Below are positions 40,172-51,488 of a stretch of DNA of 64,000 bases, piece by piece. A program made the position numbers and the translations under genes. Within the stretch, counting starts at the first letter, position 1. Each line of letters begins with the position of its first letter. Below the pieces are notes generated by a model that was not told the origin of the DNA, made no database searches, and saw nothing but the letters and a program-made list of their open reading frames with translations. The stretch comes from Candidatus Latescibacterota bacterium (GTDB taxonomy: Bacteria; Latescibacterota; UBA2968; UBA8231): contig OY730476.1 in assembly GCA_963422735.1 (NCBI GenBank), forward strand, positions 3,424,001-3,488,000. The letters are read 5' to 3'.

Positions 40172-40264
40172 CGTGGACTCGACTTTTTATGACGGATATA
40201 ACTTGCCTAGCCAGCACCAAGTTGCGACAGTAAGGCTGGCTTTCTTCTAGCGGAGGACTACGAC

Positions 40265-41278
40265 ATGGAAAAGGCAAAAAACCAGCGCAAAATAAACTGG
40301 TATCGGTGCCCCTTGCCGCGCGAGACGCTCAATGGGCTCAACCAGCGCAGTGACTTTTGGGGGCTACTGCAAACGCTGGGACATCTGGGTCTGCTGGCAG
40401 CGACGGCCGCGGGGGCTTGGTACGCGGCGGAGCACTTGGCCCTGCCGTGGTTGCTACTGATCCTCTTTTTTCACGGGACGTTCTACGCCTTTTTGCTGAA
40501 CGGCTTCCACGAGTTGTGTCACTCCACGGTCTTTAAGAGCAAGTCCCTCAACTACTTCTTTCTGCGCGTATTCAGCTTTTTAGGCGCGTACAACCACATT
40601 CATTTCTGGACTAGTCACACCGAGCATCACAAGTACACCCTGCACCCGCCCGACGATCTCGAAGTGGTCTTGCCGGCCCAATTGCGATTCGTGGATTTTC
40701 TCAAGAGTGCCGTTGTAAATCCGTGGGGCTTGTACGCCCGCTACAAGACGACGGTGCGGCGGGCATTCGGGAAATTAGAAGGCGAATGGGAGCTGGTGCT
40801 CTTTCCCGAGTCGGCACCAGACAAGCGGCGACGGCTCATTCGCTGGGATCGCTTCTTGCTAGTGGGTCACGCCCTAATCGTGGTGGTGTCCTTGTACTTC
40901 GGCCTGTGGCTGGTGCCAGTGCTCATTACGCTGGCCCCGTTCTACGGGGGCTGGTTGCTGTTTTTGTGCAACAATACCCAGCACATCGGCTTGCAGGACG
41001 ACGTGCCGGACTTTCGGCTCTGCACCCGCACGGTCATCTTGAATCCGTTTTTCCGCTTCCTCTACTGGCACATGAACTACCACATCGAACACCACATGTA
41101 CGCCGCGGTCCCATGCTACCGGCTCGGCAAGCTACACGCGGTAATCAAAAGCGATCTGCCGCACTGTCCGCGGGGGCTATACGAGGCGTGGATGGGCATC
41201 GCCGCCATCCTCAAGCGGCAAAAGGCCGAGCCAGGATACGAATACGTGCCGGAATTGCCCACTCCCGTCGCGGCTTGA
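40265..41278 (+). CDS. fatty acid desaturase family membrane di-iron enzyme
   Basis: His boxes HELCH, HTEHH, HIEHH; TM segments. Confidence 0.9.
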   Translation: MEKAKNQRKINWYRCPLPRETLNGLNQRSDFWGLLQTLGHLGLLAATAAGAWYAAEHLALPWLLLILFFHGTFYAFLLNGFHELCHSTVFKSKSLNYFFLRVFSFLGAYNHIHFWTSHTEHHKYTLHPPDDLEVVLPAQLRFVDFLKSAVVNPWGLYARYKTTVRRAFGKLEGEWELVLFPESAPDKRRRLIRWDRFLLVGHALIVVVSLYFGLWLVPVLITLAPFYGGWLLFLCNNTQHIGLQDDVPDFRLCTRTVILNPFFRFLYWHMNYHIEHHMYAAVPCYRLGKLHAVIKSDLPHCPRGLYEAWMGIAAILKRQKAEPGYEYVPELPTPVAA

Positions 41279-41542
41279 GGGAGTGCCTTAACTACATGAC
41301 ACCAACATATTGATAACGTGTTATTTGATGTTGCTTGGTTCAAAGATGAGCTCGACGACCATCGCCGACGCCTGCGAGCTCGGTGCGAAAAAACAGAGGA
41401 CGAGTCTTTGAAATTTTGTATGTGAGCGCGGTTGATTGGCGATAGATTTTCCATCCACTATGCGATTTTTTAACATTATGGTCTGTGTGATAACCCCGAT
41501 CTGCCTCGCCTGATCGAAGAAAGGTTTGACTAGGAGGCTGCC

Positions 41543-42514
41543 GTGGAATTGACCAAGAGGCCCCGACGACTCAGGCGCTCAGAAGCGGTGCGCAGCTTGG
41601 TGCGCGAGACCCACTTGCGAGTCGATGATCTGATCTGTCCGCTGTTTGTCACCGAAGGCGAAAAAACGCGCCTCCCCATCGACGACATGCCCGGCCAATA
41701 TCGCTTCTCGGTTGACGAACTGGTTGATGAATGCCGCGAGTTGTGGGATTTGGGCATCCCGGCGGTCAACCTCTTCGGCTACTCGACCCAAAAGGACGAT
41801 AAGGCCACCCAGTCCTACGACCCGCAGGGCTTGGTTCAACGAGCGATCCGCAGCCTCAAGGCTGCGGTGCCCGAACTATGCGTGCAGACCGATGTGGCCC
41901 TCGACCCCTATACCCACCACGGGCACGACGGCTTGGTCGTCGATGGCGAGGTCGTCAACGACGAGACCATAGGGGTGTTGTGCAAGATGGCCCTTTCGCA
42001 CGCCGAAGCCGGCGTCGATTGGGTCGCGCCCTCAGACATGATGGACGGCCGAGTCGGAGGCATCCGCCGAGCACTCGACGCGGCCGGTTATAAAAACGTC
42101 GGCATCTTGGCGTATTCGGCTAAATATGCCTCGTGCTTTTACGGCCCGTTCCGCGACGCGCTCCAGTCAGCACCCAAGAAGGGCGATAAGAAGAGCTATC
42201 AGATGGATCCGGCTAATGGCCGCGAGGCGCTCAAGGAGATCGCGCTCGACATTGAGGAAGGAGCCGATGTGGTGATGGTCAAGCCGGCGCTGGCCTATCT
42301 CGACGTAATCGCCGCCGCTCGCCAAGCCTTTGACGTGCCGATTGCCGCGTACAATGTCTCTGGCGAGTTCGGGATGATTGTGGCGGCTGCGGAGCGGGGA
42401 TGGGTCAAGCGCGAGCAGGCCGTTATGGAAGTGTTGACCGGGATCAAGCGGGCTGGCGCAGACATGATCTTGACGTATTTCGCCAAAGAAGTCGCCGGGT
42501 ACTTGCGCGGATAA
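41543..42514 (+). CDS. hemB: porphobilinogen synthase
   Basis: 'RPRRLR', 'DVALDPYTHHGHDG', 'APSDMMDGR', 'YGPFRDA', 'MVKP'. Confidence 0.97.
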   Translation: MELTKRPRRLRRSEAVRSLVRETHLRVDDLICPLFVTEGEKTRLPIDDMPGQYRFSVDELVDECRELWDLGIPAVNLFGYSTQKDDKATQSYDPQGLVQRAIRSLKAAVPELCVQTDVALDPYTHHGHDGLVVDGEVVNDETIGVLCKMALSHAEAGVDWVAPSDMMDGRVGGIRRALDAAGYKNVGILAYSAKYASCFYGPFRDALQSAPKKGDKKSYQMDPANGREALKEIALDIEEGADVVMVKPALAYLDVIAAARQAFDVPIAAYNVSGEFGMIVAAAERGWVKREQAVMEVLTGIKRAGADMILTYFAKEVAGYLRG

Positions 42515-42521
42515 CTCAACC

Positions 42522-43256
42522 ATGCAACTCAAAGACAAAGTCGCTCTCATCACGGGCGGGGGTCGCGGCATTGGCCGCGCTATCGCTAAGGGCTGCGCTG
42601 CCGAGGGTGCGCAAGTCGCTATTGCTGCGCGCAGCACGGCTCAGCTCGACGAAGTCGCCGCGGCGATTGACGCACAGGGCGGCGAATCCCTCGCTGTGCC
42701 GACCGATTTGCGGGTGTGCGCAGAGGTGGAACGCCTCGTGCAGAAAACAGTAGAGCGGTTCGGTCGGATCGATGTTCTCGTCAACAACGCCGGCATCAAT
42801 CCACGCGGGATGTTTTTAGACGCGACGGATGAGCAATGGGAGCAGGCGTGGCAAATTAACGTCATGGGCGTCGTCCGCTGTTGCCGCGCGGTATTGCCCA
42901 TTATGCAGCGACAGAGCAGCGGGAACATCATCAACGTCGGCTCCGGCATGGGGCAGGTCGGCCACGCGGGTCTCAGCGTCTATTGCGCGTCCAAAGCGGC
43001 CTTGCACGGATTGACCCAAGCCATCGCAGAAGAAGTGTGGAGCGAGGGCATCATCGCCAACGTTCTCATACCCGGTCCGGTCAAGACAGAGCTATCAAAA
43101 CCTTCTTGGCAAAAGGCTAGCAGCTTTCGCGCCGCAAGCGACCCGTGGAAGGAGCCAGAACAGGTCGTCGCCTCGGTGCTTTTCCTCGCCGCGCAGCCTC
43201 CAGCCAGTGGCATGACCGGCCAGATTCTCAGCATCATGCGTCGCACTAGTCCTTAA
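42522..43256 (+). CDS. short-chain dehydrogenase/reductase
   Basis: TGGGRGIG, NNAG, YCASK. Confidence 0.93.
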   Translation: MQLKDKVALITGGGRGIGRAIAKGCAAEGAQVAIAARSTAQLDEVAAAIDAQGGESLAVPTDLRVCAEVERLVQKTVERFGRIDVLVNNAGINPRGMFLDATDEQWEQAWQINVMGVVRCCRAVLPIMQRQSSGNIINVGSGMGQVGHAGLSVYCASKAALHGLTQAIAEEVWSEGIIANVLIPGPVKTELSKPSWQKASSFRAASDPWKEPEQVVASVLFLAAQPPASGMTGQILSIMRRTSP

Positions 43257-43287
43257 GAGCGTCTAACATCCAGCGGGGCTTTCAATC

Positions 43288-43732
43288 GTGAAATGGATGC
43301 CGATTGTTATCGATGCGGCAACCGCACTGTATGGCTGTAGCCCAAAAGTTCAAACTGAAACATATTCTGATGGACGGGTCAAAGCTCAATAGTACTACAA
43401 AAACGAGGCAAACGAGTTAATCAAACACGGGCCCTATACTGCATATTATATGAGCGGCAATCCGCAAGAACAGGGCATGTACAAGGACGACAAGGAAGAT
43501 AGAGAAATTGCCTACTACTTCGAAGATGGGACCAGAAAATCGGCAGAGACCTATAGAGCAGGTAAACTCCACGGTCCCTTTACAGACTATTATGAGGATG
43601 GAACCAAACGTTCGGAAGGAACCTATCAAGCGGGGCAGTTCCACGGAGCCTATACCAAGTACTATGCAAACGGGCAAGTAGAATTATCCGTAGTCTTCAA
43701 GGACGGTCAATGGCACGGCCCCTATATCACCC
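43288..43732 (+). pseudogene. MORN-variant repeat (YwqK-like) lipoprotein, nonsense at 43390 and 3'-truncated
   Basis: lipobox 'LYGC' after GTG 43288, in-frame TAG, repeats 'HGP.T.YY..G....G.Y'; similarity ends near 43732. Confidence 0.75.
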
Positions 43733-43734
43733 TC

Positions 43735-44540
43735 TGCCCGATGCGCGTGCGGATCAGCAGAGAGCTGCCCGAACCGACCACGTCAGGTTCCCGAGACTGG
43801 CCCGGCCGCCCAGATCAATCACGTCTGACTCGTAGTGCCCCACAAGGGCGTATCCATTGCCCCAGACCTCGAGCTCGTCAAATCTCCCACAAGGTGGGAT
43901 CGGGCAAGCTGATGGTGTCTGAGATGGCCACGTAGCGCACCACCTGCAAGGGGAGTTTTATACGGGCGAAAGGGTTGTCCGTCTGGGCCTTCTCCGCTAC
44001 CAGCGTCCAGTCTTTTACGACACTGAACCAGTGCCCTCCTAGAGGTAGTTTGAGTTCACTGAGACCAACCCCATCGTGGACCCAGACTTGGTATCCTCTC
44101 ATAAAGGCTTGTTCTAACCCTTCCCGGGGATAGAAGCTAAGACTGTCCACGCCGAAAGGTAGGTCCAAGATCAGAGTTACAGGGAGATCCGCTTTGTTTA
44201 CTCTGCTCTCTACGTTCCTGTCGGACAGATCCGGGAAAGCCGCACTGTGGTCGCCATTGATGGTTTTGGGCAACAACTCCACCCCTAGGCGAAAATCGGA
44301 ATCTACCCACCCACCCCTGTCCATAGAACTGAGGGACAAATTCTGGTTCGACGCGAAGACAGGTTGAAGCCAACCCTCCTCCGCCGTGTCGTCTAGCCCC
44401 TCAAAACTACCTGCAGCACTCCATGGATGGTCCGCGGTTCCAACCGTCCATCTAGCAGCTCCGAAAGCTGATTCTGCAAAGAGCAATAAGGCGCAGCTTA
44501 TCGGCAGCAACAGGCCATATTTTCGTCTGTTCACGTTCAT
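43735..44540 (-). pseudogene. large secreted protein, N-terminal part, frameshifted and truncated
   Basis: signal peptide; after 'WEI' a shifted frame continues 'DELEVWGNGY...YESDVIDLG..ASLGNLTW'. Confidence 0.65.
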
Positions 44541-44556
44541 CTCTTGCGCCTAACCC

Positions 44557-44692
44557 TTAACTGGAACCGAGCCCGGCGAACACCACGATGAAAGCACTTG
44601 TGATGGTCTCTGGAGAGTCTCTGTTTTCAAACTTCCTTCTCTCCCACTGGTGGCCAATGTTCATAATGACCTCATAGCCCAGGTAGTTGTTA
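44557..44692 (-). pseudogene. C-terminal remnant of a paralog of the 50343 protein
   Basis: 'NYLGYEVIMNIGHQWERRKF...AFIVVFAGLGSS*' aligns by eye with 'AYLGYQLTANFGCRWERRNF...IFLRMIAGLQE*'. Confidence 0.65.
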
Positions 44693-45037
44693 TTGATAGA
44701 AACCTGCGACGTGATGACGCTGCCGAAAGAATCCCCTGTTCCTCACCCAGTAGTGATCGCCCTGCTGGTACACGAGGTTGATAGGAACCGATCGGATGCC
44801 TTGCAGATCGAATCCATCTACCAAGTAAACATCCAAGTCGCCATCGTTGTCATAGTCGAAGAAAGCCCCGCCCGCTCCGGTCGTTTCTATCAGAAAATAC
44901 TCCCCGGCAGCACCATTGGTATGGGTAAAGGAAATCCCGGATTGTGCCGTGACATCCGCGAATTGCACTGTCTGAGAGCCTGAATCACAAGCCGGCAGGC
45001 TCCAAGCCACGCAAAAAAGTAAGGCTATTTTTTGCAT
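44690..45037 (-). pseudogene. N-terminal fragment of a CRTAC1/FG-GAP lipoprotein
   Basis: 'LPACD' lipobox, 'FADVTAQSGISFTH.NG', 'GGAFFDYDNDGDLDVYLV'. Confidence 0.8.
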
Positions 45038-45069
45038 CAAGAACCCCGCTTGACCTCGCGTTTCAAGCC

Positions 45070-46950
45070 TCATCCCACGGTAAGGCGATTCCCCGACATG
45101 CCGTTCCAGAAATCGATAATCAGCCACAGCCCTGCCGAGGTAAACATTCCCAGCGTCATACCTAAAAAGAATGGGCGCAGATGCCGATAGAGCGTAACGC
45201 CGCCGTATTTGAGAATGAAAACCTTGAGGAGCCAGGCGATAAAAATGGAAAACCACACTTGGTAGATCGGTGCTGTTAGACCAAGAGTCATACCCACTGG
45301 ATGGATGGGAAAACCGACGAAATGGCTTTTGATGTAGGTCATACAGCCCATCAATACCGCCCCGATTCCGGCAAACCCCAAGTGCCAGCCGTGTATCGGT
45401 TGGGGATTGTTGATATTCCGGGTGATCCAGTCGCCGGCAAAGTGGGACAGGCCATTGAAGAACCACCCATCCAGATTAATACCTCCATAGGTATAGGCTA
45501 GCGTAACGACAGACCAGATCGAACCGATGAGGCTGGCGATGATGGCCGCCATGATCACCCAGAACAGACGACGGTATTCCAGACGCACCACCTCGGCTAT
45601 TTTCAGACCGGTGGCGGCCGAAGCCATGACAAAAGTCCTGACGTCAGTTGCCCAAGCGAAGTTCAGACCGAGAATAGCCAGACCGCCCGGTCCCACCACC
45701 GAGGAGCCGAGGGCATTGACCGTCAAAACCGGGGCTGGCACCGGAGCCCGAGCATAGGCTAGGCCGGTCTGAGAAATGATGCGCGCCAAGCCGACGAAAA
45801 TCACTAGGGCCGAAATCAGGAAAATCAACGCGGGCGGCAGGTTCAGACCAGCGACTAGGAGCCAGGCCAGCGCCAGCAGACTTCCCAAGAAAGTGCCGAA
45901 CACCGCCGTCCGATAGGAGAGCAGTTCAGTGCTGTCATCGACGTGCTGGTCGCCTCGGAAAGCCTTGCGCAACACGTCCCTGAGATGCTATCGGCCATTC
46001 CAGAAACTCGCGCCGACGAGGAAAAATAGAGCCCCTAGGGCCAGATGCGCGACGCTGGGAGTTCCCGGATCGGAAAAAGGCTGAATAGGTCCGATGCTCC
46101 AGCCCATCATTCGCTCGATGCCCGTCTGCAGATGGGCCAGAAAGGCAAAGAACCACACCCCGAAGGAGACGTCCATACTGAGCAGATAGGAAAGACCGAT
46201 CACCTCAAACCGCGGCGTGAAGTTGAGACTGACGGAATCGCGCAGGATCAACAGAGAAATATTTAGGTTGATCCGGGGGATGAAATTGAAGTAGGCATGC
46301 AGGGCATTGATGCTGTTGATCGTAGCGGGGCTCAGGAAACCGATCCACATCAAAGGATTGTGCAGAAAGGCCGGCAGCCACCTGTCCTCCTGCCGGGTGC
46401 TCATCTCTAGGGGGAGAATGGCCAACGGGAACAGCAGCCGCTCGTGCTCAACCCACTGTTTGCGCAAGATGACCAACAGGCAGAGGGTGACGAAGTAGAT
46501 AGTGGTACTGAACAAGGACCAGGCCAGCAGCGGTGTACCCCACGCCTCCCACGGCACTCCCTCGCCGCGTGCGCTTCCCTCGAAGAGCTTCCACCGGGCC
46601 TCGCTATTTGTGGGGACCAGCCACTCGGGCAGATGCGGCACGATTGCCGAGGCCCAATCATTTGCCGAGGCCCAATCATTTTCAGGAGTGGCGTAGTAGA
46701 AGAAACCTCCCAGCAGAGGAATCAGGTTCATGGTGAGTCCCCAAGAGGGAATGGCCGAGGCCACGATCATCATGATGTACACGGTGGCCAGTTCGCCACT
46801 CCGCAACTGGGAACCGGTCAACAGCCTGGCGACGGGGTTGATCTAACAAAGTGAGCAGGAGAAAGAGGCAGAGAGCCGCCCCGGTGGAGAAATCGGCAGC
46901 CAGCGCGGACCCCCTCAAAAAGAGCACGCCATAAGGTTCGCCCGCGGCGG
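45070..46950 (-). pseudogene. second DUF6785-type membrane protein, disrupted
   Basis: homologous to 27794-29713; in-frame TAG at 45988, 18-bp duplication at 46644-46679, frameshift near 46845, N-terminus missing. Confidence 0.85.
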
Positions 46951-46961
46951 GAACGAGGCGT

Positions 46962-48497
46962 TTAAGGTCCGCTTGCCGGCTCAAGTTCTGCGTATCGCTG
47001 GAAGAGCCGCAACTGCTGCGCCGCCCGGACCGTATCGCCCAGCGCACCATACGCCATCGCCAAGCCGTAGTGCCCGCTGGTCAGGGCGGAATCTAGCCGC
47101 AGTGCCTCCTCGAAGCGTCTGATCGCCGCACGGGGATCCCCTTCGCGCAGGTGAGCACTTCCTAGTCCGCTATGGGCATCGGCAGCATCGGGTACCAAGG
47201 CAAGGGCACGCTGAAACGAGCTGCGTGCCGCCGTCGTCTCTCCCGCTACTAGCTGCGCGGTTCCCAGATTGGTCCAAGCTTGGGCGTACCCATCCGCTAG
47301 ATCCACTGCCCGTCGATAGGCTTGGATCGCCTCCTCCAGCCGGCCGAGACGGAAGTAGGCGCTGCCCAAGTTGTGCCAAGCCTCGGCGTGGCTTGGTGCA
47401 ACGGCCAGTGCCTTTTCGTACTGCGCGGCCGCTCGTGCCGGCATCCCGAGCCGCGCTATGATCGTACCCAAGCCGATCAAGGCATTGACGTTACGCGCAT
47501 CGTCGGCCAACAGGGAGCGGTAGTGACGGATCCGATCGAAGTAGATATTGATGCGCTCGAAAGTCTCCATCTTCTGTTTCGCCTCGGTGGTCCGGCCCTG
47601 TCTCATAAAGAGCAGGGAGAGCTGGTAGTGAGCCTCCGGGAAGACTGGGTTCAACTCGACAGCGCGCTGCAGAGCCGCCTCGGACGCCGCCCACTGGCCG
47701 AGTTGCGCCTGCGCTGTCCCGAGGCCAACGTGGGCCTCGACGGCGACCGAATCTAGGCGCAGGGCCCGCTGGAAGGCCGCCACCGCTTGGTCGGCGCGTC
47801 CGAGTTGCAGCTCAGCACTACCAAGCTCTGTGTGCAGCAAGGGCTCGTTGGGTGAGCTTTCTAGCGCCTGCCGCAGAAGTCGGACACCTTCCTCACAGTC
47901 TCCGATCTTGGCGCAGTATATCCTGCCGAGGGCGACGTAGGGCAGGACATACTCCCCATCTAGTTCGATCGCTTGGCGCATCTGACGCACGGCCTCTTCG
48001 TAGGCGCTCTCCTTGGAGTAGGCTACTCCAAGATTGTAGCGGGACGGTGCGTGCTGAGGTGCCAGTTCGACGGCACGGCTATACGACCAGCGCGCTTCTG
48101 CGTATCGCTGTTGGTGCAGAGCGATCAGTCCCAGTCCACGGTGAGCGGCCACATCGTCGGCATTGAGATAGAGGGCGCGCTGGAAGGCGGCCACCGCCCT
48201 ATCCTTCTGGCCAAGGAGGGACAGGACCTGACCAGTGCCGGACCACGATCCGGCGTGACTCGAATCCGCGCGTAGAACGCGATCGAAGCAAGCGAGTGCT
48301 TCGCGATGGGAGCCGGCCCCCAGCACTGCCACCCCCAACTCGTAGCGAGCATCGAGATCGTCCGGGTCGTTCTCAACGGCGTGCCGGCTGGCAGCTAGAA
48401 GGGCCGCCGGGTCGGCCGGAGTTGTTTCGCATCCGAGCCCGGCCAGCAGGGCTATGACCCCTAAGATGCAACAAACAACTAGTGGGAAGGATGACAC
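46962..48497 (-). CDS. tetratricopeptide repeat lipoprotein
   Basis: 'LAGLGC' lipobox; about 12 TPR units of type 'A..NLG..Y...G...EA...Y..A..L.P'. Confidence 0.88.
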   Translation of the reverse strand: MSSFPLVVCCILGVIALLAGLGCETTPADPAALLAASRHAVENDPDDLDARYELGVAVLGAGSHREALACFDRVLRADSSHAGSWSGTGQVLSLLGQKDRAVAAFQRALYLNADDVAAHRGLGLIALHQQRYAEARWSYSRAVELAPQHAPSRYNLGVAYSKESAYEEAVRQMRQAIELDGEYVLPYVALGRIYCAKIGDCEEGVRLLRQALESSPNEPLLHTELGSAELQLGRADQAVAAFQRALRLDSVAVEAHVGLGTAQAQLGQWAASEAALQRAVELNPVFPEAHYQLSLLFMRQGRTTEAKQKMETFERINIYFDRIRHYRSLLADDARNVNALIGLGTIIARLGMPARAAAQYEKALAVAPSHAEAWHNLGSAYFRLGRLEEAIQAYRRAVDLADGYAQAWTNLGTAQLVAGETTAARSSFQRALALVPDAADAHSGLGSAHLREGDPRAAIRRFEEALRLDSALTSGHYGLAMAYGALGDTVRAAQQLRLFQRYAELEPASGP

Positions 48498-50266
48498 GGA
48501 GGCTCTCGGCCGGCTGCGTGGACAGAATGAGGCTCTAGACCCGCCGGCTCAGTGGCGATGAGGAACTGGTCAGCACTCACAGGCCCAATCCTCTGTGCGA
48601 TCCCGCTGGGCCAGCGGATGCAGATTTCATTGACCATTGTCCTTCCGCCCAGGCCGAAGTGAACCCTGAGATCGTTCTGGGATAGATAACCGCTGCCGCT
48701 GCGCACTTCCTTGGTCATTACTAGGTCCCCGGCCCGCACCGCGATCCGCGCACCGATCCCGTCGCGATTGCTCACCTGACCGACCGTTTTCACCGCGATC
48801 CAGTGGCCGCGGTTGCCGCCGTCATTCTGCAGTAGGACACCAGGGCCATTGTTGTTGCATACGTAGATGTCCGTGTCGCCGTCGTTATCGTAGTCGCTCA
48901 GAGCCGCACCGCGTCCGACGAGCTGCCATTGCAGGCCGGGCCCCGACCGCTGTGTCACGTCGGTGAAGGTGCCGTCCCCTTCGTTGCGGAACAACTGATC
49001 TCGTTGCGCGAAGGTGACGGCCTGGTCAAAGAACTGGACCTTGTCGTTCACGTGCCCGTTGGCCATAAAAAGATCTAGGTCGCCGTCGTTGTCGTAGTCA
49101 TAGAAATCCGTCCCGAAGGTCAGCACGGGAAGCGTCGCTGCGCCGACCCGAGTTAGGGCCGTGGCATCAAAGAAGACCCCCTTGCCTTCGTTGCGGTAGA
49201 GCCGGTTGTTCTCCCACTGAAAGTTGCAGACAACCAGATCGAAATCGCCGTCGCCATCGTAGTCCCCGAAGTCGGTCCCCATGCCGGCCTCGGGACGTCC
49301 TCCATTGTTCAGGGCCACGCCCGAGACCATGCCCACCTCGTTGAAGAAGCCCTTCCCGTCGTTGTTGAAGAGGAAGTTGGCCATACCGTCGTTGGCAACG
49401 TAGAGGTCTGCGTCCCCGTCGTCATCGTAGTCGCTGAAGACGACTCCTAGCTGCCGGCCCGCCTCGGTGTAGCCACCCACTTCCCGCGTAACGTCGGCAA
49501 AGCCCCCGGTGCCGTCGTTCCGGTAAAACACGCCCGAATCTCCCTCGTATTGCTCCGGATCACAATAGACACGGATCGCCCCCTGAAAACAGGCCTGATC
49601 CGCGTCCACGGAGAACTTGGCGTAGTTCGCCACGTAGAGATCGAGGTCCCCGTCCCGGTCCCAATCGGCGAAAGCAGCGCTTGAACCGACGCGCTCGTCG
49701 CCGACACCGGCGTCGTCGGTGACATCGGTGAACGTGCCGTTCCCGTGGTTCTGGTAGAGGATGTTGGCGCCGAAGTTCGTGACATACAGGTCCACGTAGC
49801 CGTCGTTGTCGACGTCCCCGGCGCACGTTCCCATCCCGTACGAGCGATCCCCCACGCCAGCGGCGGCTGTCACATCTTGGAACGATCCAGTCCCGTCGTT
49901 GCGGTAGAGGACATTCGCCGGCGGTTCGCCCTCGACCGCAAAACCCGGTAGAGGGCCGCTGTTGACGACGTAGAGATCTTGGTAGCCGTCCGCATCAAAG
50001 TCGAGGAAGGCAGCACCCGACCCGTACGTCTCCACATAATAGTAGCGGCCGCTGGCCCCATTCACGTGGGAAAAATTGATTCCGGCCTCAGCGGATATGT
50101 CCATGTACCGGACCCCAATTAGCTCGCCCCCGCCCGCTTCCAGTTCTGCGTTCTCGTCCCCGCATCCACCTCCGGCCAGACTGGCAAGCAGGAGCCACCC
50201 GAACAACCAACTGGCGGGCTGTCGATGACTTAGCCGGGGTTCAATCACTTTGGCTGGCAGGTGCAA
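48479..50266 (-). CDS. CRTAC1 family protein (FG-GAP/VCBS repeats + ASPIC/UnbV domain)
   Basis: repeated D.D.DG..DL.V.N; C-terminal 'SNRDGIGARI...GSGYLSQ...HFGLG...IRWPSG'. Confidence 0.92.
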   Translation of the reverse strand: MHLPAKVIEPRLSHRQPASWLFGWLLLASLAGGGCGDENAELEAGGGELIGVRYMDISAEAGINFSHVNGASGRYYYVETYGSGAAFLDFDADGYQDLYVVNSGPLPGFAVEGEPPANVLYRNDGTGSFQDVTAAAGVGDRSYGMGTCAGDVDNDGYVDLYVTNFGANILYQNHGNGTFTDVTDDAGVGDERVGSSAAFADWDRDGDLDLYVANYAKFSVDADQACFQGAIRVYCDPEQYEGDSGVFYRNDGTGGFADVTREVGGYTEAGRQLGVVFSDYDDDGDADLYVANDGMANFLFNNDGKGFFNEVGMVSGVALNNGGRPEAGMGTDFGDYDGDGDFDLVVCNFQWENNRLYRNEGKGVFFDATALTRVGAATLPVLTFGTDFYDYDNDGDLDLFMANGHVNDKVQFFDQAVTFAQRDQLFRNEGDGTFTDVTQRSGPGLQWQLVGRGAALSDYDNDGDTDIYVCNNNGPGVLLQNDGGNRGHWIAVKTVGQVSNRDGIGARIAVRAGDLVMTKEVRSGSGYLSQNDLRVHFGLGGRTMVNEICIRWPSGIAQRIGPVSADQFLIATEPAGLEPHSVHAAGREPPCHPSH

Positions 50267-50342
50267 ACGGCCCCAGAATTTTGCTAGGAGTCCAATAGAT
50301 TGGGCAGCAGGTAGTCAACCAAACGCAGCGGCTGTGCAACTC

Positions 50343-51178
50343 TCACTCTTGGAGGCCGGCAATCATCCTCAGAAAGATCACCGTATTCGACTCCGACTCG
50401 TCGCGGAAATTGCGCCTTTCCCAGCGGCAGCCAAAATTCGCCGTGAGTTGATACCCGAGATAGGCAGATGCGTTCGTAAACTGCGCTGCTAGCACAAACT
50501 GCTTAAAGTCGTCGAAATAGCCCACCGGTATCGGGTCCGGTCGCGACCTGAGATTGCGGAAGATCTCGTACTCGAGGCCAGATTCGAGCCAGAGCGTATT
50601 CGTAAGCTCGTTCTGACTCACGAGGAAGAAGATTCTGTGACAGTTCCTGCGTTTTGAGCTGATCGCGCTGGGCAGGCGTCTTGCTCATGTAGAGCTGTTT
50701 CCACTTGGGCTGAATCTTCCATAATGGACCTATGTCGATATTGTAGTCGGCCTTTGCGACCAGACCGAGCAGATGCTGATCCCGATCAATGCCCTCCTGA
50801 TCCCCACGCTGATGGTAGATCTCGTGCTTCAGCTTCGCGTGCAGGTTCAGCGGAGCCCAACGCAGGTAGTCGGCCTGTAGATAAGCCGTGTTGATCAAGG
50901 CATCCTGAGCGATCAATGGGTCGAGAACATCCTCCAGCCCGCCGCCGGACAGAGGGGGCTGAACCCAGATGATCACGTCGTCGGGGATGTTGTCTTGGAC
51001 GCTCCTCAGGAAGTCGAAGGACTGAAGATCCAAGCCGTGATTCGGATAGTCCGCTGCCCAGGTCAGCATGCCATAGGTCGCCTTGCTGCGTCGGTTACTG
51101 CCCAACAGGTCCTCTCGGAAACGACCGATCATCACGCGGCTGCCCGGCGTGATATCGACGCCGACGTAGATATTGTAG
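50343..51178 (-). pseudogene. C-terminal part of a large beta-strand-rich (possibly outer-membrane) protein, frameshifted
   Basis: ORFs 50503-51135 and 50343-50621 join by frameshift; alternating amphipathic strands; N-terminus deleted. Confidence 0.6.
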
Positions 51179-51488
51179 CATCGGTGACGCGGGCGAAACC
51201 ATAAAGGCGGTTGTCGCGATCCGCACCCGTCCAGCCCGTCATGATGATGACATCGATGTCAGCCTTGGAGGGAATCTCACCGGTGATGATCTCGATAATG
51301 TCGTCGGGACCATAGGCGAAGGTTTGGTCGAACCAACCCCAGTCATCACCATTGCCATCAATATTCATAGTGACGCCGGTCGGAATCTCCAAGGCGAAGT
51401 AACCGATACCGTTGGCATTACCGGCAAAGCTTGCGGATGTCCCCAGCAGCAACACTGTAGCTAGGAGGACAGCTTTCCTCAGCAACAT
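51175..51488 (-). pseudogene. secreted CBM9/DOMON-like protein, N-terminal fragment
   Basis: AAGGAG RBS, signal peptide, 'IDGNGDDW', 'GW...NRLY.FARVTD', then a junction. Confidence 0.65.

Noticed and set aside
46644-46679. 18-bp tandem duplication (NDWASA x2) as a functional repeat
   Set aside because: Lies inside an already disrupted gene; most simply a slippage event.
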